Shown piece by piece: positions 1 to 8,893 of a stretch of DNA of 64,000 nt; position 1 is the stretch's first letter, and each line of letters starts with the position of its first letter. The position numbers were made by a program, and so were the translations under genes. The notes beneath the pieces are model-generated. The model saw only the letters and a list, made by a program, of their open reading frames with translations, ran no database searches and was not told the DNA's origin. Location of the stretch: contig JAQGHD010000023.1 of the NCBI GenBank assembly GCA_028288965.1, positions 7,249-71,248 on the forward strand, written 5' to 3'. The DNA is from Candidatus Saccharimonadota bacterium. Lineage in GTDB: Bacteria > Patescibacteriota > Saccharimonadia > Saccharimonadales > JAQGHD01.

Positions 1-3000
1 TCTAGGGTAACCTTTTCTTTATCGTTGGCGGTTACTTGGACGACATAGTGATCGCCTTCCTCACCAGCCGTGATGGTACCGGTAATATCAGCCAAAAAGG
101 CTTGACCCTTAGGGGCACGGACTTCAAAGAGCTCTTCTACACGCGGCAGACCAGTGGTAATGTCTTCACCGGCTACACCACCGGAGTGGAAGGTCTTAAG
201 TGTCAGCTGCGTACCTGGCTCACCAATACTCTGAGCGGCAATTACCCCAACTGGGTAGCGCTCAGCAACGAGTTTGCCGGTAGCCGGATCAATACCGTAA
301 GACTTTCGGCCGACGCCGCGAGTGCTGGTGCAACTCAGGGCGCTCATGATCTTTACGCCGTCGAGTTGGCTGTCGGCATCAATCGCCTTAGAAATTTCAC
401 CAGTAATGAGGTGGCCTTTCTTAACGTGAGTGCCGATGCTTTCTGCAGCAAAGCGACCTTCTAGGCGTGAGGCGTAGTTGACGCCAATTTCTTCTGAATC
501 ACGGCGATAAATAGAGAAGCCGGGATCCACCATGTCTTCATCAATCGTGAAGACGTCTTGGCTCACGTCAACCAACCTTCGAGTGAGGTACCCAGAGTCA
601 GCTGTCTTAAGAGCGGTGTCGATCATACCCTTACGCGCTCCACGGGTCGCGGTAAAGTATTCAAGCGGATTCAATCCTTTCTTATAGTTGGAACGAATTG
701 GCAGCTCGATGGCTCGTCCAGTGGCATCGGTAGTAATACCGAACATACCCACAGCCGTCTTGACCTGGCCAATGTTTCCACGAGCACCAGATACTACGGC
801 AATAGACATAGAGCTATCTTCTTTTTCGAACTGTTCAGCGAGAGTGGTTTGCACAGTTGTGTCCACTTGCTGCCAGTTCTCAACCGTTAAACGGTAGCGC
901 TCTTCTTCGGTAATGAAACCTTGATCAAATTGTTCACTAATATCTGTAGCGCGTTTTTCACCCTTCTCTATGATGGCGTCGAGGCCCTTAACGTCGCTAA
1001 AGTCGCCCATACCCATGGATAGGCCTGACTTGGTGGCATACTCAAAGCCAATGTCTTTTAGGTCATCAGCAATTTCGGCGGTTCGTTCCTGGCCGTACTG
1101 TTGATAGACGTCAGCCATTACTTGCTGTAAGCGCTTCTTGGTCATGGCTTCGTTCTGGAATTCAAAATCTTCTGGGAAGATTTCATTAAAGAGTACCCGA
1201 CCTAAGGTAGTTTCGCGTACCTGTCCACGGAATGGCAAACGAACGCGGCTTTGAAGATCGATGACGCCATTTTCGTAGGCCATCAAGGCTTCGCTTATAG
1301 CGGTAAAGTTAGTGGTTGGCTTTTCTGTCAGCCCCGGGCGTTCGTACGTTAAGTAGTAGCTACCCAGCACAATATCTTGTTCAATGTGCAAAATAGGCGA
1401 ACCATCAGCTGGTTTCAGCAAGTTCTTGTTACTAGCCATGATGTCACGAGCCTCATCTTGAGCTTTGTCGGATAGCGGCAAGTGCACGGCCATTTGGTCA
1501 CCGTCAAAGTCGGCATTAAAGCCCTTACAGACCAAGGGGTGCAGCTGGATAGCCTTACCTTCAATCAGTACCGGCTGGAAAGCTTGAATACTGAGTCGGT
1601 GCAGCGAAGGGGCGCGGTTAAGCAGCACGTATTTGCCCTTAATGACTTCATCCAGGGCATCCCAGACAGCAATCTCACTCATTTCGATCATACGCGTCGC
1701 ACTGCGGATGTTGTGGGCTTGTTCGCGTTCAATGAGTTCGCCAATAACGAATGGCTTAAACAGTTCCAGGGCCATCATCTTAGGCAGACCACACTGGAAA
1801 ATCTTGAGTTCTGGTCCGGCTACAATGACCGAACGGCCAGAGTAATCTACGCGCTTACCCAGCAGGTTCTGGCGGAAACGTCCCTGTTTGCCCTTGAGCA
1901 TATCACTTAAACTCTTAAGACGGCGGCGTTGACCGGTAGCGGCTACGGCGCGGCCAGAACGAGCGTTGTTGTTGTCTATTAAAGCATCCACGGCTTCTTG
2001 CAGCATGCGCTGCTCGTTACGGCGAATGACCTCAGGGGCGTTGAGCTCCATGAGTTTTTTAAGGCGATTGTTGCGGTTAATGACGCGGCGGTATAAATCA
2101 TTCAAGTCACTGGTGGCAAATCGGCCACCTGTTAACTGAACCATGGGGCGAAGATCTGGAGGAATCACCGGCAAAACGGTGACACACATACTGCTTGGCT
2201 TGATTTCGGCTCGGTGCATGCTTTCTAGCAGACGCAGGCGCTTCATGATCTTCTTTTTGCGCTGTCCTTTGCTCTCCTCGGCCTCGTGGGTCAGGGTATC
2301 GATCAATTTCTGCAGATCAATTTCGTCGAGCATGTCCTTTAGGGCCGCACCACCCATACCAACGGTAACAAGGTCGCTGACGTCATCGGGCAAAGACCGG
2401 TATTCAGACTCACTAATGAGGTGAAGTTTTTCAAGTCCTTCGAGCTGGTTTTTAAGCAGTTCGTAGTCGCGGGTGAGTTCTTCTAGCTCTTTGGTTTGCT
2501 GTTCGGCCAGGGCGCGAACATCGGCCTTTTCATCATCCTTAGCCTGCTTTTCGTAGCGCAATTTTATGGCTTCTTTGCCGGCATTGAACTCGGCTTCTTT
2601 ATCGGCCAGCATCTTATCACGCTTGTCAGCGTCAACTGACTTTATGATGTAGCTGGCAAAGTAGGCAACTCGCTCCAAGTTCTTGACGGTCATGCCCAAA
2701 ACTAAGCCAATGGCACTTGGTGTGCCGCGCAAAAACCAGATGTGAGCAACTGGTACGGCCAGGTTAATGTGGGCCATGCGTTCACGACGAACAATGCTCC
2801 GTGTCACAATCTCACCGTTCTTATCAACGGCAGCTTCGCGCGAGCGGACACCTTTATATTTGGCGTCATGCGGGTTGATGTCCTTAACTGGTCCAAAGAT
2901 TCGTTCGCAGAACAAACCGTCACGCTCGGGTTTTTGGGTTCGGTAGTTAATTGTCTCGGGTTTGGTGACTTCGCCATAAGACCAGTCCAGAATATCTTCT

Positions 3001-3068
3001 GGGCTGGCAATAGCTAGACGCACAGCGTCAAAGTCGGCAATATCAGTTCCGTAAGCGTAGCGTCTCAT
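1..3068 (-). CDS. rpoC: RNA polymerase beta-prime subunit, 3-prime end truncated by window edge
   Basis: Hand-translated from ATG at 3068: ...SYGEVTKPETINYRTQKPERDGLFCERIFGP; catalytic NADFDGD near 1497-1517; ALKTADSGYLTRRLVDV and AAQSIGEPGTQL in the same frame. Absent from ORF track because no stop is reached. TAATG overlap with rpoB stop. Confidence 0.99.
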   Translation of the reverse strand, partial: MRRYAYGTDIADFDAVRLAIASPEDILDWSYGEVTKPETINYRTQKPERDGLFCERIFGPVKDINPHDAKYKGVRSREAAVDKNGEIVTRSIVRRERMAHINLAVPVAHIWFLRGTPSAIGLVLGMTVKNLERVAYFASYIIKSVDADKRDKMLADKEAEFNAGKEAIKLRYEKQAKDDEKADVRALAEQQTKELEELTRDYELLKNQLEGLEKLHLISESEYRSLPDDVSDLVTVGMGGAALKDMLDEIDLQKLIDTLTHEAEESKGQRKKKIMKRLRLLESMHRAEIKPSSMCVTVLPVIPPDLRPMVQLTGGRFATSDLNDLYRRVINRNNRLKKLMELNAPEVIRRNEQRMLQEAVDALIDNNNARSGRAVAATGQRRRLKSLSDMLKGKQGRFRQNLLGKRVDYSGRSVIVAGPELKIFQCGLPKMMALELFKPFVIGELIEREQAHNIRSATRMIEMSEIAVWDALDEVIKGKYVLLNRAPSLHRLSIQAFQPVLIEGKAIQLHPLVCKGFNADFDGDQMAVHLPLSDKAQDEARDIMASNKNLLKPADGSPILHIEQDIVLGSYYLTYERPGLTEKPTTNFTAISEALMAYENGVIDLQSRVRLPFRGQVRETTLGRVLFNEIFPEDFEFQNEAMTKKRLQQVMADVYQQYGQERTAEIADDLKDIGFEYATKSGLSMGMGDFSDVKGLDAIIEKGEKRATDISEQFDQGFITEEERYRLTVENWQQVDTTVQTTLAEQFEKEDSSMSIAVVSGARGNIGQVKTAVGMFGITTDATGRAIELPIRSNYKKGLNPLEYFTATRGARKGMIDTALKTADSGYLTRRLVDVSQDVFTIDEDMVDPGFSIYRRDSEEIGVNYASRLEGRFAAESIGTHVKKGHLITGEISKAIDADSQLDGVKIMSALSCTSTRGVGRKSYGIDPATGKLVAERYPVGVIAAQSIGEPGTQLTLKTFHSGGVAGEDITTGLPRVEELFEVRAPKGQAFLADITGTITAGEEGDHYVVQVTANDKEKVTL

Positions 3069-6000
3069 TATTTAGTCTCCTGTTCTACTTGTTTGGTCTC
3101 GTCATCATCTGAAGCAACTGGGGCTCCAGTTGGTAATTGATCGTCAATTTCCATAATCTTAAATTCATCAACGATAGCATCCTCGCTGACGTCTACATCA
3201 GATGCTTGCGGAGCTGGCACTTCAACTTCGGCCTGGTGACTGGCTTCGTCCTTAATGTTTTCGGCCAGTACGGCTTCGGCATCAACAGCTATATGTTCGG
3301 TAATCAAGTCAACCTTAAGACCCAAGCCTTGCAGCTCTTTAACAAGTACGTTAAAGCTTTCTGGTACTTTTGGCCCAACAATTTCAGTCTTCTTAATGAT
3401 TGACTCGTAGGCTTTTGAACGGCCGTAAACGTCATCGGACTTAATGGTCAGCATTTCTTGCAAAGTATGGGCGGCGCCGTAAGCTTCCAGAGCCCAGACT
3501 TCCATTTCGCCAAAGCGCTGGCCACCGTTTTGAGCTTTTCCACCCAACGGTTGCTGGGTGACCATGGTGTATGGCCCAGTAGAACGAGCGTGAATTTTGT
3601 CGGCAATCATGTGATTGAGCTTAATCATGTACATGGAGCCAACGGTGGTTCGCTCCTTAAAGGCTTCGCCTGTGCGGCCATCAAATAACTGCTGTTTGCC
3701 GTCTTCTGGCAGACCAGCCTCTTTGAGCAACTCGGAAATTTTATCAATGCTGACGCCATCAAATGATGGTGAAGCAACTTTAATACCAAGTGTTTTAGCG
3801 GCCATACCAAGGTGTGTTTCAAATAACTGTCCAACGTTCATACGGCTGGGTACTCCGAGCGGGTTGAGAATAATATCAACTGGCTCTCCATCCGTCATGA
3901 AGGGCATGTCCTCTACCGGCAAGATTCGGGCAATAACACCCTTGTTTCCGTGACGTCCACCAAGCTTGTCACCAACGGCGATTTTACGCATTTGAGCCAC
4001 AAAAACTTGGATTTGCATGAGTACTCCAGCTTTGAGCTCGTGGCCGTTGGCGCGAGAAAAGACCTTTACGCCCACAACCTTACCATGCTTACCGTTACTC
4101 ATGCGCTGAGAGGTATCGCGGACTTCCTTGGCCTTCTCACCAAAGATAGCCCGAAGCAAACGTTCTTCGCTGGATAGTTCTTGCTCACCCTTGGGCGTAA
4201 TTTTACCTACTAGAATGTCACCAGGGTGTACTTCGGCGCCGATACGGACAATACCGTCATCATCAAGGTGGCGCAAAGCTTCTTCGGAAACATTAGGGAT
4301 ATCACGGGTAACGATTTCTGGGCCAAGTTTGGTTTCACGAACCTCCGTCATGTAATCAACAATGTGAATAGACGTTAAAGTGTCATCCTCTACTAGTCGG
4401 CGCGAAATAATGATGGCATCCTCAAAGTTGTAACCAGACCATGGCATAAAGGCCACGACCAAGTCACGTCCCAGGGCCAACTCACCACCTTCTATAGACA
4501 TGCCTTCGATAAGCGCGTCACCAGCTTTAACTTTGTCGCCAGTACTGACCACAACCTTTTGGTTGATACAGGTACCTTCGTTGCTCCGCATGAAGTGCTG
4601 GGGGTGATAGGTCTTAGTGACGCCCTTGTACTTGACAACAACTTCGTCCGCGGTGGACTTAGTGATCTCGCCGGCGTCTTCGGCAACCACAATCTGACCA
4701 GTGTTAATGGCGGCCGAGGCTTCTAGTCCGGTGCCAACAAGTGGCGCAGCTGGGCGAATGAGCGGCACAGCTTGCCGCTGTTGGTTACTACCCATGAGGC
4801 TTCGGTACACGTAGTTTTTCTCAATAAATGGAATCAAGCCGGCACTACTACCAATAATTTGCTTTCGACTGGCATCCATATGGGTCACGTCATTGGCATC
4901 AACTTCACCTGATTTTAGGTGACTGCGAGCTGAAACACGCTCGCTTACAAAGAAACCACTAGCATCAACTGCTTCACCGGCACTGGCGATGACAGCTGAT
5001 TCTTCTTCAGCCGCATCCAGGTATTCAACTTGACGAGTCACCACAGCTTTAATCGGCCAGGTAACTTGATTTTTGACGGTAGCTAGTTTTTTAGCTTCGG
5101 CTTCTGAAATTTTCTTGCCGGCTTTGACGATGACTTTACCTTTTTCGTCTTCTAAGTCAACGGCGGCGATGTAGCCGGCTGCATCTTTGGCGGTAACGGC
5201 GTTTTTGATCTTTATATAAGGAGTCTCTATAAAACCGTACTCATTAATACGGGCAAAGTTGGCGAGGTTAAGCACTAAACCAATGTTGGCACCTTCTGGT
5301 GTCTCCACAGCACAGATACGGCCATAGTGGGTAGCGTGCGCGTCACGTACTTCAAAGCCGGCACGTTCACGGCTTAGGCCACCGGGACCCATAGAACTCA
5401 AACGTCGCTTGTGAGCCAGTTCGCTCAAAGGGTTAATTTGATCCATAAATTGGCTAAGCTGGCTGCTGGCAAAGAATTCACGGACGGCAGCGACGACTGG
5501 ACGGGCGTTAATGAGCTGTCCAGGGGTAACGGTCTCGATCTCGCACATGCTCATGCGGTCCTTGGTATTACGTTCCATACGCAGCAGACCAATCCGGAAC
5601 TGACGCTGGACCAGCTCGCCAACGAGTTTGACGCGTCGGTTGGCCAAACTGTCGATATCGTCAGCTGGCTCTTGGCTGTTATTCATACGAATAATCTCGG
5701 CAATGATAGCCGTCAGATCCTCAAGTCGCATAACACGATTCTCGGCCGTGTTTGGCACATCAAGGTTTAGGCGTTTGTTGATCTTGTAACGACCAACGCG
5801 GCTAAAATCAAAACGCTTGAAGTTATAAAACATGTTTTCTAGCAAACTACGGGCGTTGTCGACGGTAGCTAGGTCACCGGGACGTAGCCGCCGGTAGACT
5901 TCGATTAAGGCGTCGTTTGTTCCCTTGGTAGGGTCTTTTTCGAGTGTAGCTTTCACGTAGTTGATCTCACCTTGATCAACGTGCTTAAAGGTCTCGTTCA

Positions 6001-6610
6001 TACTGGCCTCATTCATGCCTAGGGCTTTAAGCAAGGTGGTGATAGCAATTTTTCGCTTGCGGTCGATCTTTACGTAGATGGCGCCGTTACTAGCTGTCTC
6101 GAACTCCAACCAAGCGCCACGGCCAGGAATGACCTTGGCACCGTACAAATTGCGTGTGCTATGGGTATCGGCAGTAAAGAATACACCGGCTGAACGAATC
6201 AGTTGCGAAACAACCACGCGCTCAGCGCCATTAATAACAAACGTACCACGAGTAGTCATCCAAGGATAATCACCCAGGTATATTTCTTGCTCTTTAACTT
6301 CGCCAGTGACCTTATTGGTCAGCTCCACCGTAGCTTTTAGTGGTGCTTCAAAGCTGACATTGTTTTCCCGAGCCTCGGCTTCAGGCATTTTTGGGGCGTC
6401 AAAATGATAATCCTTGAACCGCAAGGACAGTTTAGTGCCGGTATAATCGTCTATCGGACTTAATTCAGCCAATAATTCACCCAAACCTTCATTAACAAAC
6501 CATTGAAATGATTTGTTTTGGTGATCGACAAGGTTTGGAAGATCAACGATGTCGGTATTCTTAGTGAAAAAAATTCGTTCTTTGGCCTTAACAGTAGTGC
6601 TTTTTGCCAT
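3068..6610 (-). CDS. rpoB: RNA polymerase beta subunit
   Basis: SQLSQFMDQINPL, ETPEGANIGL, GDKLGGRHGNKG, GGQRFGEMEVWALEAY. Start at 6610 preferred because GGGAGG directly abuts the 6622 ATG. Confidence 0.99.
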   Translation of the reverse strand: MAKSTTVKAKERIFFTKNTDIVDLPNLVDHQNKSFQWFVNEGLGELLAELSPIDDYTGTKLSLRFKDYHFDAPKMPEAEARENNVSFEAPLKATVELTNKVTGEVKEQEIYLGDYPWMTTRGTFVINGAERVVVSQLIRSAGVFFTADTHSTRNLYGAKVIPGRGAWLEFETASNGAIYVKIDRKRKIAITTLLKALGMNEASMNETFKHVDQGEINYVKATLEKDPTKGTNDALIEVYRRLRPGDLATVDNARSLLENMFYNFKRFDFSRVGRYKINKRLNLDVPNTAENRVMRLEDLTAIIAEIIRMNNSQEPADDIDSLANRRVKLVGELVQRQFRIGLLRMERNTKDRMSMCEIETVTPGQLINARPVVAAVREFFASSQLSQFMDQINPLSELAHKRRLSSMGPGGLSRERAGFEVRDAHATHYGRICAVETPEGANIGLVLNLANFARINEYGFIETPYIKIKNAVTAKDAAGYIAAVDLEDEKGKVIVKAGKKISEAEAKKLATVKNQVTWPIKAVVTRQVEYLDAAEEESAVIASAGEAVDASGFFVSERVSARSHLKSGEVDANDVTHMDASRKQIIGSSAGLIPFIEKNYVYRSLMGSNQQRQAVPLIRPAAPLVGTGLEASAAINTGQIVVAEDAGEITKSTADEVVVKYKGVTKTYHPQHFMRSNEGTCINQKVVVSTGDKVKAGDALIEGMSIEGGELALGRDLVVAFMPWSGYNFEDAIIISRRLVEDDTLTSIHIVDYMTEVRETKLGPEIVTRDIPNVSEEALRHLDDDGIVRIGAEVHPGDILVGKITPKGEQELSSEERLLRAIFGEKAKEVRDTSQRMSNGKHGKVVGVKVFSRANGHELKAGVLMQIQVFVAQMRKIAVGDKLGGRHGNKGVIARILPVEDMPFMTDGEPVDIILNPLGVPSRMNVGQLFETHLGMAAKTLGIKVASPSFDGVSIDKISELLKEAGLPEDGKQQLFDGRTGEAFKERTTVGSMYMIKLNHMIADKIHARSTGPYTMVTQQPLGGKAQNGGQRFGEMEVWALEAYGAAHTLQEMLTIKSDDVYGRSKAYESIIKKTEIVGPKVPESFNVLVKELQGLGLKVDLITEHIAVDAEAVLAENIKDEASHQAEVEVPAPQASDVDVSEDAIVDEFKIMEIDDQLPTGAPVASDDDETKQVEQETK

Positions 6611-6769
6611 ACGCGTGCGCATCCTCCCAAATTAAAAAATAGCTAGTAATACTTTTACTGGTTTTATGTTTGTTAGGGTGTTGCCGGCGAAGAAAACTAA
6701 GAGGGAGGTTTTTGCCTGCAGATGTTTTAAGCCACAGTAATACCCAACTTACACTACTTCTTACTTACT

Positions 6770-6798
6770 ATTCTACAGATTAGTAGGAATTGAGTCAA
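6770..6798 (-). promoter_or_regulatory. sigma70-type promoter of rpoBC
   Basis: TTGACT (6798-6793), 17 bp, TAGAAT (6775-6770) on minus strand. Confidence 0.7.
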
Positions 6799-6864
6799 GT
6801 CTTCTACCCGGCAGCCATAACACGATGTTACCAGCCCATGTATTTTTAACCATGAGAAGCTTAA

Positions 6865-7497
6865 CTATTTGATTTTGGGTGGGGTGGTGATGATTTTGTC
6901 TACCAAGCCGTACTTTTTGGCTTCGTCGGCGGTCATCCAGAAGTCACGCTCCATGTCGGTGTGAATCTTGCCAGGCGTTTGACCAGTGTTATGAGTCATA
7001 ATCTCTTCCATGAGTCGCTTAATTCGAAGCGCTTCTTTGAGGTCAATTTCCTGATCAGTTACTTTACCGCGAGTACCGCTGGAGGGTTGGTGGATCATAA
7101 CCGTGGCGTGCGGCAGTATAAAGCGCTTGCCCTTGGTGCCACTGCTGAGCAAGAAAGCGGCGGCGCTGGCCTGCATACCAATGCCAACAGTCTGGACATC
7201 ACTTTTTACGAACTCCATGGTGTCGTAGATTGCTAGAGCGTCGTAGACGTTGCCGCCCGGACTATTGATATATAGGAATATGTCTTTGTTGGAGTTCTCA
7301 TTGTCTAGGAATAATAGCTGGGCCACAATTACGTTGGCACTATGCGGATTAATTTCATCACCGACAAAAATAATACGGTCCCGCAAAAGCCGTGAGTAAA
7401 TATCATAAGCGCGTTCCATCCGGCCTTCTTGTTCGATAACCGTTGGAATCAAAATTTGGCTTTTGGGTTTCTGATCATCATCTTGTGTAAACATCAT
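6865..7497 (-). CDS. clpP: ATP-dependent Clp protease proteolytic subunit
   Basis: [26 protein letters not shown] (Ser), MIHQP (His), ERDFW (Asp). Confidence 0.98.
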   Translation of the reverse strand: MMFTQDDDQKPKSQILIPTVIEQEGRMERAYDIYSRLLRDRIIFVGDEINPHSANVIVAQLLFLDNENSNKDIFLYINSPGGNVYDALAIYDTMEFVKSDVQTVGIGMQASAAAFLLSSGTKGKRFILPHATVMIHQPSSGTRGKVTDQEIDLKEALRIKRLMEEIMTHNTGQTPGKIHTDMERDFWMTADEAKKYGLVDKIITTPPKIK

Positions 7498-7534
7498 ATT
7501 TATACCTCTTTTGTAGTACTTCTATGATATAAAA

Positions 7535-7561
7535 TTAGCACTCAACAGTCAAGAGTGCTAA
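7535..7561. promoter_or_regulatory. CIRCE element (HrcA operator) overlapping clpP promoter
   Basis: Exact TTAGCACTC-N9-GAGTGCTAA; minus strand has TTGACT (7552-7547), 17 bp, TATCAT (7529-7524). Confidence 0.95.
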
Positions 7562-7562
7562 T

Positions 7563-8843
7563 TTACTTGGTGCTGAGCTCTGTCAGCCGGGCTAAAGTTT
7601 TTTGAGTAAGAATTCTGGAAGCAATGTCGCGGCCAGCTTCTGGCTTACTCAGCTCAGCTTGCATGCCCGGGTCTTGATACTGACCTTTGAGTAGTTGGAG
7701 TTGGATTTCCAGCTCCTCGGGGGTAACGACTAGTCCTTCTTTTTCGGCAACTTCAGATAGAAGTATGCCGGCTTTGACACGTTCCTCAGCTTGAGGTCGC
7801 AAACTTGCTCGAAATTCATCTTCGGTTTTGCCTTCTTGGGCTAAAAATTCAGGAAACGTCTGCCCGCGGTAAACGAGATTTTGTTGCTGATCGCGAATAA
7901 TAAGTTCGATTTGCTCATCGACTAGCAGCTTCGGGACGCTGGCTTTGCTTTTAGCCACCAGTTCGCTGACAATCTCGTTTTCCAGCAGGCGCGTGGCCTC
8001 CTGCTCATGGTCGGCGGTTATTTGCTTTTTAATATCTATCTTTAATTCTTCTATGGTCTTGAAGGGTCCGACGGTGGCCGCAAAAGCATCGTCAAGTTTG
8101 GCTTCGGATAGTTCTTGCACGGTTTTAACGGTGACAGTGAAAGTTACTTTCTTGTTACGCATGGCGGAGGCGCCGTAGTCTTTTGGAAAAGTGAGCGTGA
8201 AGCTTTTTTTTTGTCCGGGCTTGGTGCCGATAAGATTTACTTCAAATCCAGGTATGAAACTATCGCTGCCCAGCAGCAGCGGATAATCCTGGCCATCGGT
8301 GCCTGGTATGGCCTGGCCTTTTTGGTCTTGTCCTGAAAAATCGATAATTATTTCATCACCCTTTTTGGCAGCTCGCTCGACGGCTTTTCGAGTCGCGGCA
8401 CGTTGCTGCAAACGCTCTAAAACTTCGTTAACGTTTTTGGCAGTGACGCTGACCTTGGTTTTGGTCTTTTTGATCTTTTTGTAATCGCCTAGGACAACAT
8501 CACCGATAATAGACACGGTGGCGGTGAACTCAAGTTCACTAAATGGCACAAACTTGGTTATTTGAACTTCGGGGCGGTCTACAGCCCGTATGTTTTGTTT
8601 TTGCAAAACATTGGCGTACAGATGATTGACGGCCTCTTCTAAAAACTCGGTTTGTAAAACGCTGGGGTCGGTGTTTTTCTCTACGAGTGGCAGCGGCGCT
8701 TTGCCCTCGCGAAAGCCAGCAACTTTTACTTTAGCTTGGAGGTGGCGCAGAACATGCTCTTTGAGCGGGGTTAAGTCAGTGGTGTCGGCCGAGACGGTTA
8801 AGATGAGCTCGGTATCGCTGGGTAACTCACGTTTTACTTGCAT
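7563..8843 (-). CDS. tig: trigger factor
   Basis: GFREGKAP ribosome-binding motif, FKBP-like FIPGFE..LIG domain, adjacent to clpP. Confidence 0.97.
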   Translation of the reverse strand: MQVKRELPSDTELILTVSADTTDLTPLKEHVLRHLQAKVKVAGFREGKAPLPLVEKNTDPSVLQTEFLEEAVNHLYANVLQKQNIRAVDRPEVQITKFVPFSELEFTATVSIIGDVVLGDYKKIKKTKTKVSVTAKNVNEVLERLQQRAATRKAVERAAKKGDEIIIDFSGQDQKGQAIPGTDGQDYPLLLGSDSFIPGFEVNLIGTKPGQKKSFTLTFPKDYGASAMRNKKVTFTVTVKTVQELSEAKLDDAFAATVGPFKTIEELKIDIKKQITADHEQEATRLLENEIVSELVAKSKASVPKLLVDEQIELIIRDQQQNLVYRGQTFPEFLAQEGKTEDEFRASLRPQAEERVKAGILLSEVAEKEGLVVTPEELEIQLQLLKGQYQDPGMQAELSKPEAGRDIASRILTQKTLARLTELSTK

Positions 8844-8893
8844 AGATATCCAACTCTAACAGATTTGAGCCGGTTTTTCTAGCCTGACTGCTC

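Noticed and set aside
1..3068. rpoC missing from ORF track, suggesting a pseudogene
   Set aside because: Motifs checked at 3068, 1517, 533 and 209 share one frame; the gene just runs off the edge.
5380..5470. Rifampicin-resistance substitutions in RpoB cluster I
   Set aside because: Q, D, H, R and S positions in SQFMDQINPLSELAHKRRLS match the sensitive consensus.
36..6269. Many plus-strand ORFs over rpoC/rpoB (and similar shadows over clpC, nusA, dnaE, uvrB, gap)
   Set aside because: Antisense shadows of conserved genes; no motifs or expression signals.
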